Shown: positions 1-9,951, counted from the stretch's first letter. The stretch: DNA of 64,000 nt from Arcobacteraceae bacterium (GCA_048268245.1 JBLWVX010000005.1:10186-74185), one strand, 5' to 3'. A program made the numbers and translations. Notes: generated by a model not told the origin, from the letters alone.

Positions 1-276
1 AATATTATTTAGTCTATTTTTAATACTATCAACTAAATAAGTTTTGAAATGAAAGTTATTATTAAGCTCATTTTTTATGTCTTGAGGTATTTCTTCTTCA
101 TTGATATACAGTTCAGATATATAATCGATAAAGGCATTGTAATCATCACTTAAATCATATAAAAAAGATTTATTGCTTATTTTAATATTGTATTTATTTA
201 ATAAGGATTCAACAGCTAAATTTTCACTATCCATATCTAAGTATGCACTTGCATTATTTGAAGAAATATTTGACAT
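1..276 (-). CDS. Hypothetical protein, 5' part (runs off window start)
   Basis: ATG at 276-274 preceded by GGGAG RBS; open frame MSNISSNNASAYLDMDSENLAVESLLNKY... to the window edge. Confidence 0.6.
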   Translation of the reverse strand, partial: MSNISSNNASAYLDMDSENLAVESLLNKYNIKISNKSFLYDLSDDYNAFIDYISELYINEEEIPQDIKNELNNNFHFKTYLVDSIKNRLNNI

Positions 277-346
277 AATAACTCCCTAGGTTTATATTAT
301 ATATTATATTACTTATTTACTTATAAACCTAAATAGAATCAAGAAA

Positions 347-938
347 CTATTTAGTAATTCTACTTCTTGTTTGACTAAGAAAATTTAGAAAGAAAATAAT
401 GATTATTGATAAAATTATACTTGTTCCAAATGTTACTGCAACAATAAATTTTTTCTTAGGTTTGTTAATTGGTTCATTATCTATCTTAATACCATCTATT
501 TGACTTGTGATTATATATTCATCAAAAAATTTCGCTTTTTCATTATGTCTGTTGATAATAAATCTTTTTGCTTTATTGAGTGTTTTTTTTAATTTCATCT
601 TTGCTTATATTTTTTGATTTTATAATTAGTATTTTATTTGTTCGTTTTGGGATGTCAACATTAATCAAAAATTTTTTTTCTAAAACCTCTTTTAAATTAT
701 ATACGTTGTCGAAATAAACTTGATTTGGATTATCTGTCTTTACTTCACCTATCTCTATCATAATATTACCTTCATAAATAGGAGTAGGATTTAATCTTAA
801 TACATAAATTATACTTAATAAAGTTGTTATTAATGTAAATATAATTATAAGTAATTTTTTCTCTAATATTATATGTAACAGCTCTTTTAAATCAATCTCA
901 TCCTCATGTATAGTATCGTTATTGTTTGTTTCTCTCAT
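347..938 (-). pseudogene. Wzz/FepE-like polysaccharide chain-length determinant split by a frameshift
   Basis: ORF 573-938 has the Wzz N-terminus (EDEIDLKEL + TM); ORF 347-598 has the C-terminal Pro-rich motif + TM (PINKPKKKFIVAV). The frames join if the A8 run at 583-590 is shortened to A7. Confidence 0.75.
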
Positions 939-1011
939 GCTTAACCTCTCTTATAAAAGTGTAATAATATCAAAAAAATACTAAATAATAACTTTTATAT
1001 TTTATTATTTA

Positions 1012-1626
1012 TTATAAGCCTTGAAGTAGAATATTCCATAAGTATTCAACCTCTTCATCTGTGAAGCTAATAAGTTTTTTTTCTTCAAATAATTCTTTTA
1101 TTTTTTTCATTTCAAAAACTTTGCTGTAAGTACATTTTGCATGTACAGGAAGAAAGCTTCTAACAAGTGATATATCTTTTTTTATAATATTTTCACATAA
1201 AAGACATTCATAGTTTGTATGAAGTCTTCCTTCATGTTCAAGTAGATGTATATATGTCTCACAAATAGCTCTTAATGCATTTTGCTTTATCATTACATGG
1301 GTAAGGTGGTCTAATAGATAAAAATAGTAAGAATCAACTTCTTCTAAATCTTTAAGGTGTGGATGAAATAATTTTATAAACCTTTGCCAACAGTACATCT
1401 TTTCATAGTCTAAAATCCATTCAAAACCTAGTTGAATAACATCTTTCAATCTTGGTATATTAGCCCTTGTATTTTCAAGTTCAAAGTCTATCTTATACCC
1501 AATATTTATATTTGAGTGTCTAGCTCCATAGAATCTATAGCTTGTATATAAATGATTTTCTGTAAGTATTGTAACTATTAAGTCATCATCTTTTACAGGT
1601 TTTATATCTATTATATAACCTTGCAA
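1012..1626 (-). CDS. recO: Recombination protein RecO (Campylobacterota type)
   Basis: MQGYI..DDLIV, YRFYGARHS, LLEHEGRLH, CxxC motif. Confidence 0.9.
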   Translation of the reverse strand: MQGYIIDIKPVKDDDLIVTILTENHLYTSYRFYGARHSNINIGYKIDFELENTRANIPRLKDVIQLGFEWILDYEKMYCWQRFIKLFHPHLKDLEEVDSYYFYLLDHLTHVMIKQNALRAICETYIHLLEHEGRLHTNYECLLCENIIKKDISLVRSFLPVHAKCTYSKVFEMKKIKELFEEKKLISFTDEEVEYLWNILLQGL

Positions 1627-1629
1627 TTA

Positions 1630-1884
1630 TTAGTTTTCCTCTAACATCTCATTTATTTCTTCAATAATCTCTTGACACTCTTCATCATCAATTTCTCCTG
1701 CTTCTAAATCTTTAAGCATTTGATGAAAGTCATCTCTCATTTCTTGAATATCTGCTAACTCTTCCTTAGTTCTTTCATCATCTTTTTTTGAAGCAATTAA
1801 TTCAAATAGTTCATCAATATAATCTTCAACATGTGTTAATACATCATTTTTTATCAATTGCTCTAATTGTTTTTGAATAGTCAT
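1630..1884 (-). CDS. Small acidic helical hypothetical protein
   Basis: 84 aa ORF with AAGGA RBS, 3 nt upstream of recO. Confidence 0.7.
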   Translation of the reverse strand: MTIQKQLEQLIKNDVLTHVEDYIDELFELIASKKDDERTKEELADIQEMRDDFHQMLKDLEAGEIDDEECQEIIEEINEMLEEN

Positions 1885-2010
1885 TTTTTTCCTTAATGTA
1901 TAATGTTGGGATTATAACAAAAAACAACTACTCTTTTGCTTCAATATTCATAAAAAATATATTTTAATTATGATATGATATTTAAAAATAATTATGTAAG
2001 GAAAATGTAA

Positions 2011-2322
2011 ATGGCAGAATTTAATAATGTATCTATTGCAAAAGCTGCAAATATTTTATTTGAAGGAAATATCACTAGTAGAAGTATCGAGTTTGAAGAT
2101 GGTTCTAAAAAGACATTAGGAATTATGTTACCTGGTGAATATGAACTAAACACAGTTCATTCAGAGATTATGGATATTCAAAGAGGAAAACTTGAAGTTA
2201 TGCTTCCTGCTGAAGATTGGGTTGTTTTTGAAGGGCCTGCAACTTTTGAAGTTCCTGCAAATTCAAAGTTTAAATTAAAAGTACATTCATTAGTTGATTA
2301 TTGTTGTTCTTTTGTAAAATAA
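2011..2322 (+). CDS. ppnP: Pyrimidine/purine nucleoside phosphorylase (DUF1255 cupin)
   Basis: KANI.F.G..TSR, KTLGIMLPGEY, FEVPANSKF, DYCC. Confidence 0.85.
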   Translation: MAEFNNVSIAKAANILFEGNITSRSIEFEDGSKKTLGIMLPGEYELNTVHSEIMDIQRGKLEVMLPAEDWVVFEGPATFEVPANSKFKLKVHSLVDYCCSFVK

Positions 2323-2333
2323 TATTTTTCTTA

Positions 2334-2357
2334 ACAATGCGGTATTAATCGCATTGT
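2334..2357 (+). terminator. Hairpin downstream of ppnP
   Basis: ACAATGCG-8nt-CGCATTGT perfect 8-bp stem 11 nt after the stop. Confidence 0.5.
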
Positions 2358-2509
2358 AAAAGAAAAATTCTATCTTCCAATAAAAATAGCTAATAAATAT
2401 TAACTGTTTTCTAAATGGTCAAAAATCTAAATAATTGTTTTAAGTCCCAAATAAACACCTTATTTTAAATTTTTAATATATATAATGATTTTTATATATG
2501 CTTATTAAT

Positions 2510-3290
2510 AAAATTAAACTAATACTAATCACAATCTTTCTTATTGTTAAATTTAAATGCTCAAGAAATAGACGAACCCTTGCCAACTCTTTTGTCTTAT
2601 GATAAAAAAAGGTAAATCTAGAAATAAAAATATATCATGCTCTTCATGTCATTGTGTAGCTGATAAAAAGTTTAATTTAGGAGATAATAACAAAACTGGA
2701 AATATTAATACAATAAGTATTTTTAATAATAAATTTAACTTAAGTTTTTTTGAAATGGAAGAGTAAATAATTTAGAAGAACAACTTTTAGATGGAGCACT
2801 TTTTAATGAACATAAAATGAATATTTCTAAAGAACAAATAGAAAAAAGATTAAAGTCATCGCTAAAATATCAAAGACTTTTTTCAGAAGTATACTCTTCA
2901 AAACCAAGTTTTGAAAATACTATTGATGCAATTGTAGCTTTTGAAGAAACTTTAGTCACTCCAAATTCAAAATTTGATAAATATCTAAGAGGTGAAATAA
3001 ATCTATCAAAAAAAGAGAAAAAAGGTTTTGAACTTTTTAATTCTTATGGCTGTGTCTCTTGTCATAATGGTATTAATTTAGGTGGAAACTCTTATCAAAA
3101 ATTTGGAACTATTATTAGTTACAATAGCAACAAAAATCATAGGCTTTGGGAAGATAGGTTTAAATATATACTAGTAATTAAAAAGATAAAGATGTTTATA
3201 TAGTTCCAAGTCTTAGAAATATAGCTAAAATAGGTCCATATTTTCATTCAGGCGATGCAAGTGATCTAAAACATACAATAATTTTAATTG
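2510..3290 (+). pseudogene. Decayed di-heme cytochrome c peroxidase (CCP/MauG family)
   Basis: First heme motif CSSCH at 2638-2652 in a broken frame; second CVSCHNG in ORF 2817-3203; VPSLRNIAKIGPYFHSG after an in-frame stop at ~3203; several stops and shifts. Confidence 0.8.
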
Positions 3291-4224
3291 ATATTATTAA
3301 AAGATATTGCTAAGTTTCTAGATAAAAGATTTGAAAAAGTTTATAGAGTAGGGGGGTAGACAACTTTGCTATACTATTTAAAGATAAACCTACTTTTTAG
3401 CATCAATATCTCAAGATTTGTTAGTAGAGTTAGATAATAATAAGTTTATCTACAAATCTATTGAAGTTCCAGTTAGTTTAAATATAGGAATTTCAAATAT
3501 ATAATCATGTTTAAAAAATGCAGAAATAGCTATTTTAAAATCATAAAATAGCTATGAAAGAGTAAATGTTTACAGTAAAGAGATGAATAAAAAAGAAGTG
3601 ACTTTAAAAAACTTCTCAATGCTAGCAAAGATGAAACAAGTAATTGAAAATGATAAAGCTATTAGTCCTTTTTTCTTTCTTGATATTACTAAAAAATCTA
3701 AACTCTATTCAGAAATTATAAAAATAGTTATCAAAAAAAGTATTGAGTTTATAAATCTAAGAAAATAAGCTGTTTCAATAAATCTATCATATCAAGATAT
3801 TACTGATAAAAACACTTTAGATTATATAACAACTTTAGTACATAATGAAGAAATTGCTTCATATATAACTTTTGAGATGTTAGAGAGTGATGAAATAGAT
3901 AGCTATGAATATATTGAAAAAATAAAGTCTTATGGTTGCAAGTTAGCTATTGATGATTTTGGTAGTGGATATTCTAACTTTACTCAACTATTTAATATGA
4001 AACCAAATATTGTAAAAATAGATGGAAGCTTAATAAAAGATATAAATACTAATCAAAATTCTAAAAATATAGTTGAAGCAATAATAAATTTATCTAAAAA
4101 AAGTGGTATTCAAACAGTTGCTGAGTTTATAGATAATAAAGAAGTTGAACAAACAGTATTAAATCTTGGAGCAGATTTAGCACAAGGGTTTTATTATGCA
4201 AAACCAGAGGATCTTTTAACTTAA
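3290..4224 (+). pseudogene. Decayed GGDEF-EAL protein; only the EAL C-terminal part (3877-4224) is open
   Basis: YRVGG(shift)DNFAIL remnant ~3340-3380; EAL motifs FEMLE, AIDDFGSGYSNF, KIDGSLI, VAEF, QGFYYAKP; several stops. Confidence 0.8.
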
Positions 4225-4525
4225 ATTTACATAAAAAATACTATAGTTGCATTTTTATGTGAATATAATCATTTTAATTTTAATATAAGTTTGTGAAAAC
4301 AAAAAAAGATTTATATATTTTATTCAACACCTCAAAGAAGAATTGGATCAAGAAAGTATTAAATCATTTGCTGTTGGACTGCAAATACACAAAGATCAAA
4401 TAATTGAAATAGTAGAAAAAGTTTTTCAATAGAATTAATATGAAGATAAAAAGCCAAAAAATAATGATAATACTTTTAATGTAATTTTAGATAAGTTAAA
4501 AATTATTATTTTATGAGGATTAAAT

Positions 4526-6667
4526 ATGCTGTCAAATGAACAACCAATAAATAAAAGAGAAGAAGATTTTTTAGATAGAAAATATTTTGCTGACCATATG
4601 ATAAGTGCAATTAAAAATTATGAAGATAAAAATAAAAGTAGTTTAACTATTGGTTTATATGGTAAATGGGGAGCAGGTAAAACTTCTTTGATAAACATGG
4701 TTATTGAAAAATTGGAAGAAGAAAAAGATTTTATAATTTTAAATTTTGAACCTTGGTTATTTTCAGATACTAATCAATTGATAAGTAGTTTTTTTAAAGA
4801 ATTTGCAAAAAAAATAAATTATAATGCAAATGAGTCTGAAGATATGAAATCTATTGGTATGAAAATGGAAACTTATGCCAGTTTTTTTGAACCTTTGACA
4901 TTAGTACCTGAGCCAACAATCTCATTAACAGGTAAAGCAATTTCATATATTTTATCTTGGGGTGGAAAAAGCTATAAAAAAGTAGGTGAAGCTTATAAAA
5001 AGGATTTGTCTACTACAAAAGAAGATATTGAAAAACAACTACTTAAGTTAGATAAAAAGATTTTGATAATAATTGATGATATAGATAGATTAAACAATAC
5101 AGAAATTAAACAGATATTTCAATTAATTAAGTCTTTAGGTAATTTCCCAAATACTATTTATCTCCCATCTATGGATAAAGATGTTGTTGTTAATGCTTTA
5201 TCAGAAGTGCAACAGGGAGATGGAAATGAATATTTAGAAAAAATCATTAATGTTCCTCTTGAAATACCACAATTATCAAAATTAGATGTACATAAATTTC
5301 TATTTTCTAAATTAGATGAAATAATAAAAGATATTGATGAAAAAGATTTTGACCAAAACTATTGGGGTAATATATTTCATAGTGGTTATAAAAACTTTTT
5401 TAATAATATAAGAGATGTTGTTAGATATATTAACATTTTAAGATTTAATCATAATGCACTTAAACAGAAAGTTAATATTATTGATTTAATGGTTATTAGT
5501 GCTTTTCAAGTTTTTGAACCCAAAATATATGATTTTCTAAAACATAATAAAGATTTATTAAGTGGTCAAGAATCTGACAGCAGTTATGGTTATAGCCAGA
5601 AATCAGAAAATCAAAAAAAATTAAGAGAACAATTAGATAAATGTAAAGACAATCTACAAAAACTTGATGAAAATTCATTCTCTGGTTTACTGAAAGAGCT
5701 ATTTTTAAAAGTAAATGAAGCATCTTCTAATACTAGCTATATGGGTGGATTATCTGATTTAAGAAAAAAATCAAAAGTTTCAAGTCCAGAGTATTTTGAT
5801 GCTTATTTTAGTTTAACTCTTACAGAGACATTATCAAATTATGAAATTGAAAATATAATTAGCAAAACATCAAATGCAGATGATTTTAGTAGAGCTATTA
5901 TTGAGTTGATAAAAGATAATAGAATTTCAATTTTTTTACAAAGAGTTCAAGATTTTACAAAAGAAGATATTCCAAGAGAAAACTTTCAAATTATATTTAA
6001 TGTTTTAATGAACCTTAGTGATTATATTCCTGAAAATAAAAATGGAATGTTCTCATTTGGTAATAGTATGGAAGTAATGAGAATTTTTTATCAATTATAT
6101 ACTCAATTAGATAATGAAAATGATAAATATCTTTTATTCAAAGAATCTATTGAAAAATCTAAAGAAAGTCTTTATATCCCATGTAAAAAAGTTATAGGTT
6201 TTATGAAAGAACATGGAGAATATGATAAGGATAAGGAAAAAAATGAGAAAACAATTACTTATGAACATTTACAAGAATTAAAAAAGATTTTGTTAAATAA
6301 AATAAATGATTGGGTTAAAGATAAAATTCTATTTGAACATAATAAAGCCTTATCAATCCTTTACCTATGGAAAAAAATAGATGAAGAAAACTGCTTGAAA
6401 TATATAAAAAATAATATTGAAACTGATGAAAAACTATTAAAATTTCTTAAAACATTTATTCATTATTCATATAGTCAAACTATGGGTGATTATACAGAAA
6501 GAAAAAATAAGGAATTTAATTATAAGTCTGTAAAAGATTTTATTGATGTAGAATTAATAATTTCAAAGGTTAAAGGTATAAAATGTGATTTAAGTGAAGA
6601 AAAAAAGTTTTGTATTGATACTTTTATTGGTTTTTATGAAAATAAACTTACAAGTGACGAGTTTTAG
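4526..6667 (+). CDS. KAP-family P-loop NTPase with long helical C-terminal region
   Basis: D.LDR..FA, Walker A GKWGAGKTS, FEPW, Walker B IIIDDIDRL, YLEKII, NIRDVVR. Confidence 0.9.
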   Translation: MLSNEQPINKREEDFLDRKYFADHMISAIKNYEDKNKSSLTIGLYGKWGAGKTSLINMVIEKLEEEKDFIILNFEPWLFSDTNQLISSFFKEFAKKINYNANESEDMKSIGMKMETYASFFEPLTLVPEPTISLTGKAISYILSWGGKSYKKVGEAYKKDLSTTKEDIEKQLLKLDKKILIIIDDIDRLNNTEIKQIFQLIKSLGNFPNTIYLPSMDKDVVVNALSEVQQGDGNEYLEKIINVPLEIPQLSKLDVHKFLFSKLDEIIKDIDEKDFDQNYWGNIFHSGYKNFFNNIRDVVRYINILRFNHNALKQKVNIIDLMVISAFQVFEPKIYDFLKHNKDLLSGQESDSSYGYSQKSENQKKLREQLDKCKDNLQKLDENSFSGLLKELFLKVNEASSNTSYMGGLSDLRKKSKVSSPEYFDAYFSLTLTETLSNYEIENIISKTSNADDFSRAIIELIKDNRISIFLQRVQDFTKEDIPRENFQIIFNVLMNLSDYIPENKNGMFSFGNSMEVMRIFYQLYTQLDNENDKYLLFKESIEKSKESLYIPCKKVIGFMKEHGEYDKDKEKNEKTITYEHLQELKKILLNKINDWVKDKILFEHNKALSILYLWKKIDEENCLKYIKNNIETDEKLLKFLKTFIHYSYSQTMGDYTERKNKEFNYKSVKDFIDVELIISKVKGIKCDLSEEKKFCIDTFIGFYENKLTSDEF

Positions 6668-6853
6668 TATAAAAAGATAGAGATAAAAATGATTCCAAAA
6701 GGCAAGAGAGTATAACAATTTAGAATATGTTGTAGAAAATTGCAAACGTAAGAACATCTATTTTTTTGACAGATTACGCTGCTTTAATTGATGAAATTAG
6801 TTTTAAGTTTTATTAATAATACTTTTTTATATAAAGCTGTACTAACATAAAAA

Positions 6854-6880
6854 AAGGTAAAAGCTAAAAGCTTTTACCTT
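6854..6880 (-). terminator. Intrinsic terminator of the SOR-like gene
   Basis: AAGGTAAAAGC-TAAAA-GCTTTTACCTT 11-bp stem followed by a T run on the minus strand. Confidence 0.75.
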
Positions 6881-6907
6881 CTTACGAAATTAAGATACAA
6901 ATAGAAA

Positions 6908-7294
6908 TTAAGCTTCTACAGCTACTTCTACAGGAGTACCTTCCCAAATTCCGTGCTTAGTACAGTATCCGTGTGCAACTAAGTTTAATTTCTTACCAGT
7001 TGGGATAATTGTAAAAGTTGTAGTGTTGTGAGCTTTAACGTTTCCTAAAGTTCCTGGAACGTAAGTAGCTTTTGCTAATAAAGTTTCACCGTTGAATAAT
7101 GATACAGACTCAATGTAGTGATCGAAATCATCTGGGTGAGTATACTCGTTACCCATTTTAACAGTTACTTCGAATGGTTCACCTTGCTTTGCAGTTTCAG
7201 CACAGTGGATGAATGGTGAGTGTCTATCAATTAAATCTTTTTTTGCTTCTCTTTCAACAGTGTCAATGTCAACGTATTTATTAATTTTTGGCAT
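6908..7294 (-). CDS. Desulfoferrodoxin/class II superoxide reductase-like protein
   Basis: RHSP, HPDDFDHYI, YCTKHGIWE iron-site motifs; start moved to ATG 7294 behind AGGAGA RBS. Confidence 0.85.
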   Translation of the reverse strand: MPKINKYVDIDTVEREAKKDLIDRHSPFIHCAETAKQGEPFEVTVKMGNEYTHPDDFDHYIESVSLFNGETLLAKATYVPGTLGNVKAHNTTTFTIIPTGKKLNLVAHGYCTKHGIWEGTPVEVAVEA

Positions 7295-7349
7295 TTTGTC
7301 TCCTAATATTTTAAATTGAGTATTATTATACAATAATTTTCTTAAAAGT

Positions 7350-7374
7350 AAATAGGATAAAAACTATCCTATTT
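7350..7374. promoter_or_regulatory. Palindromic operator between the divergent SOR-like gene and thiL
   Basis: AAATAGGATA-AAAAC-TATCCTATTT, perfect 10-5-10 inverted repeat. Confidence 0.55.
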
Positions 7375-7437
7375 AAAAATGTAACTTTTTGGTAACAAAA
7401 AAAGCTCTTGTTTTATTCTTCTTTGGTATAATTGCGT

Positions 7438-8259
7438 ATGAATAAAGAAGATTATTTTATAAAACAGTTTTCAAATAGTAAATTTATTGGAGATGATGCT
7501 GCTGTTGTTGGTAAGTGGTCATACTCAATGGATGCATTTTTTGAAAATGTACATTTCAAAAAAGATTGGATGAGTTTAAAACAAATAGCTTATAAATCCA
7601 TGATAGTTAATATCTCAGATGCAATAGCTATGAATTCATATCCTAAGTATGCATTACTTACTGTAGCTATCCCTAAATCTTATTCAAATGATGAATTAAA
7701 GCAATTAGCAAAAGGTTTTAAAAAAGCAGCAAAAGAGTTTGATGTAGAGATTATTGGTGGAGATACTATTGCTAATGAAAAACTTGATATTTCTATCACA
7801 ATAATTTCAAAAGTTAAAAATCCTATTTATAGAAGTGGTGTAAAAAAAGATGATTTAGTTTGTTTTACGGGTGAACTAGGAACTTGTAAAAAAGATTTGG
7901 AAAAACTTTTTAAAAATAAAAAAGTTTCTAAAAATTCCAAGTTTATTAAACCCAAACTAAAAGCTGATTTTTTTTATGAGGCTTCAAAATATATAAATGC
8001 TTCATTAGACATATCAGATGGTCTATTTTTTGAGTTAGAAAGATTATCAAAGCAAAGCAAAGTGGGATTTGATTTTTTTGAAAAAATAAGTGATGAGATT
8101 GGAACTTCAGGTGAAGAGTATGAAATACTTTTTACTTTTGAAGAAAAAAATAGAAAGAAAATAGAAAAAATAGCTAAAAAACATGGTGTAAAACTAAATA
8201 TATTTGCAAAAGCAATTAAAGGTAAATATAGAACAAAAGTTAAAAACCACCATTTTTAA
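7438..8259 (+). CDS. thiL: Thiamine-monophosphate kinase
   Basis: IGDDAAV, NISDAIAM, IIGGDT, DISDGL, SGEEYEIL. Confidence 0.92.
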   Translation: MNKEDYFIKQFSNSKFIGDDAAVVGKWSYSMDAFFENVHFKKDWMSLKQIAYKSMIVNISDAIAMNSYPKYALLTVAIPKSYSNDELKQLAKGFKKAAKEFDVEIIGGDTIANEKLDISITIISKVKNPIYRSGVKKDDLVCFTGELGTCKKDLEKLFKNKKVSKNSKFIKPKLKADFFYEASKYINASLDISDGLFFELERLSKQSKVGFDFFEKISDEIGTSGEEYEILFTFEEKNRKKIEKIAKKHGVKLNIFAKAIKGKYRTKVKNHHF

Positions 8260-8277
8260 ATAAAATAAGGAAAATTA

Positions 8278-9342
8278 TTGGAACAATTACAAAGATATTT
8301 AAATCATGCAAAAATAGATGTTGTATTTAAACAAACAAAAGATGACTTCGTAGTAACAGAAGTGCCTTTATATGAATTCTCAGGAGAGGGTGAGCATCTT
8401 ATTTTAAAAATTAGAAAAAAAGATTTATCTACTTGGGATGCAGTTGAGATTATCTCAAATCATGTAGGATGTAAAGTAAGAGATATTGGTTACGCTGGTC
8501 TAAAAGATAAAAATGCAATGACAATCCAATCAATCTCTCTTCATAAAAGCTTTGAAGATAAACTAGATAGTTTTGAGCATCCAAATATTAAGATTTTAGA
8601 GAAAACTTACCATAATAACAAAATAAAAGTAGGGCATTTAAAAGGAAATAAGTTTTTTATTAGATTAAAAAGAGTAAACCTTGTTGATCAAAGAAAAATA
8701 GAACAAGCCTTAAGTAGTATTGTTACTTTAGGTATGCCAAACTATTTTGGTTTCCAAAGATTTGGTATTGAAGGGGATAACTACAAAAAAGGTAAAGATA
8801 TTATTGATGGTAAGTTAAAAGAAAAAAAAAGAAACTTAAAACAGATATATATAAACGCATACCAAAGTCATCTTTTTAACTCTTGGCTTTCAAAAAGAAT
8901 AGAAATATCTAAACTTGTAGAAGCTTTTGAGCCAAAAGAAGTTTATGAAAAATTAAATTTACCTCTTGATGTTGTAAAACAAATGAAGAAGCAAAAACAT
9001 CCATTAAAGCTAATTACTGGGGATTTATTATCTCATTATCCATTTGGTAAAATTTTTACTATTGAAGACTTAGAGACTGAATCTAATAAGTTTTATGAAA
9101 GAGATAGAGTTCCAACTGGACTTTTAGCTGGTAAAAGAGTTAAAAACAGTGAAGGTCTAGCTTATGAAATAGAAAAAGAGTTTGATGCTAAAACTTTACA
9201 AGATGGTGCTAGAAGATTTGCATGGGTTTTCCCTGAGGAAGTTGAGAGTAATTATAAAGAAGATAAAAACTGGATGGAATTACAATTTTATCTTCCAAAA
9301 GGATCTTACGCAACTGAATTAATAGCAGAAATAATTCACTAG
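8278..9342 (+). CDS. truD: tRNA pseudouridine(13) synthase
   Basis: DFVVTE, GEGEH, YAGLKDK.A.T.Q, PNYFG.QRFG, LPKGSYAT. Confidence 0.95.
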   Translation: MEQLQRYLNHAKIDVVFKQTKDDFVVTEVPLYEFSGEGEHLILKIRKKDLSTWDAVEIISNHVGCKVRDIGYAGLKDKNAMTIQSISLHKSFEDKLDSFEHPNIKILEKTYHNNKIKVGHLKGNKFFIRLKRVNLVDQRKIEQALSSIVTLGMPNYFGFQRFGIEGDNYKKGKDIIDGKLKEKKRNLKQIYINAYQSHLFNSWLSKRIEISKLVEAFEPKEVYEKLNLPLDVVKQMKKQKHPLKLITGDLLSHYPFGKIFTIEDLETESNKFYERDRVPTGLLAGKRVKNSEGLAYEIEKEFDAKTLQDGARRFAWVFPEEVESNYKEDKNWMELQFYLPKGSYATELIAEIIH

Positions 9343-9421
9343 TAATAAAAAAGTAACATTTTTCTTTTCATTAAGTAAAAATAGGTTAAACTCATGTATA
9401 AAGTATATTCAAGGAAGACAT

Positions 9422-9772
9422 ATGAAGTATGAAGAGCTAATACATGAGTTGTGTGATGTAATAAAACAATCAGAAAATAACGCTACTTTAATATATGAAA
9501 ATCTACAAAATATCTCAGATACTACTGAAAATCTAAGTGTGATTGAACATGAAAAAGATAAGATAAGAAGTCAAGTTTCAGAAGCAATGGGGCATTTACA
9601 ACATCAAGATTTATATAGACAAAGAATAGAAAAAGTTGTAAATTTTGTTTGTGAAAAAAATGATATTGACAAATCTCAATACAATCTTGCTAACAGTGCT
9701 AAAAATATTGTAAGTGATGATAATTTAAGTGAAGAAGAGTTAGAAGAACTTATTAAACAAATGCAAGCTTAG
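9422..9772 (+). CDS. Small CheZ-like protein
   Basis: LQHQDLYRQRIEKV resembles the CheZ DxxxQ active-site helix; acidic amphipathic C-terminal helix SEEELEELIKQM. Confidence 0.55.
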   Translation: MKYEELIHELCDVIKQSENNATLIYENLQNISDTTENLSVIEHEKDKIRSQVSEAMGHLQHQDLYRQRIEKVVNFVCEKNDIDKSQYNLANSAKNIVSDDNLSEEELEELIKQMQA

Positions 9773-9783
9773 CTACAGAGGAT

Positions 9784-9951
9784 TTATCTTTCTACTTCAA
9801 TTAGATTTTTACCTTTTCTTTTAGCTTTATAAAGAGCAATATCTGCTCTTATTATTAAAGATTCATGATTAGCTTCATTATTTTGAATACTAATACCTAT
9901 ACTTGAAGTGATTTCTCTATTTACAGAAAAGTTAAACTCTTCAATACTTTT
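9784..9951 (-). pseudogene. C-terminal remnant of a GGDEF domain
   Basis: Translation KSIEEFNFSVNREITSSIGIS...IIRADIALYKAKRKGKNLIEVER*; stop immediately upstream, no start. Confidence 0.75.
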
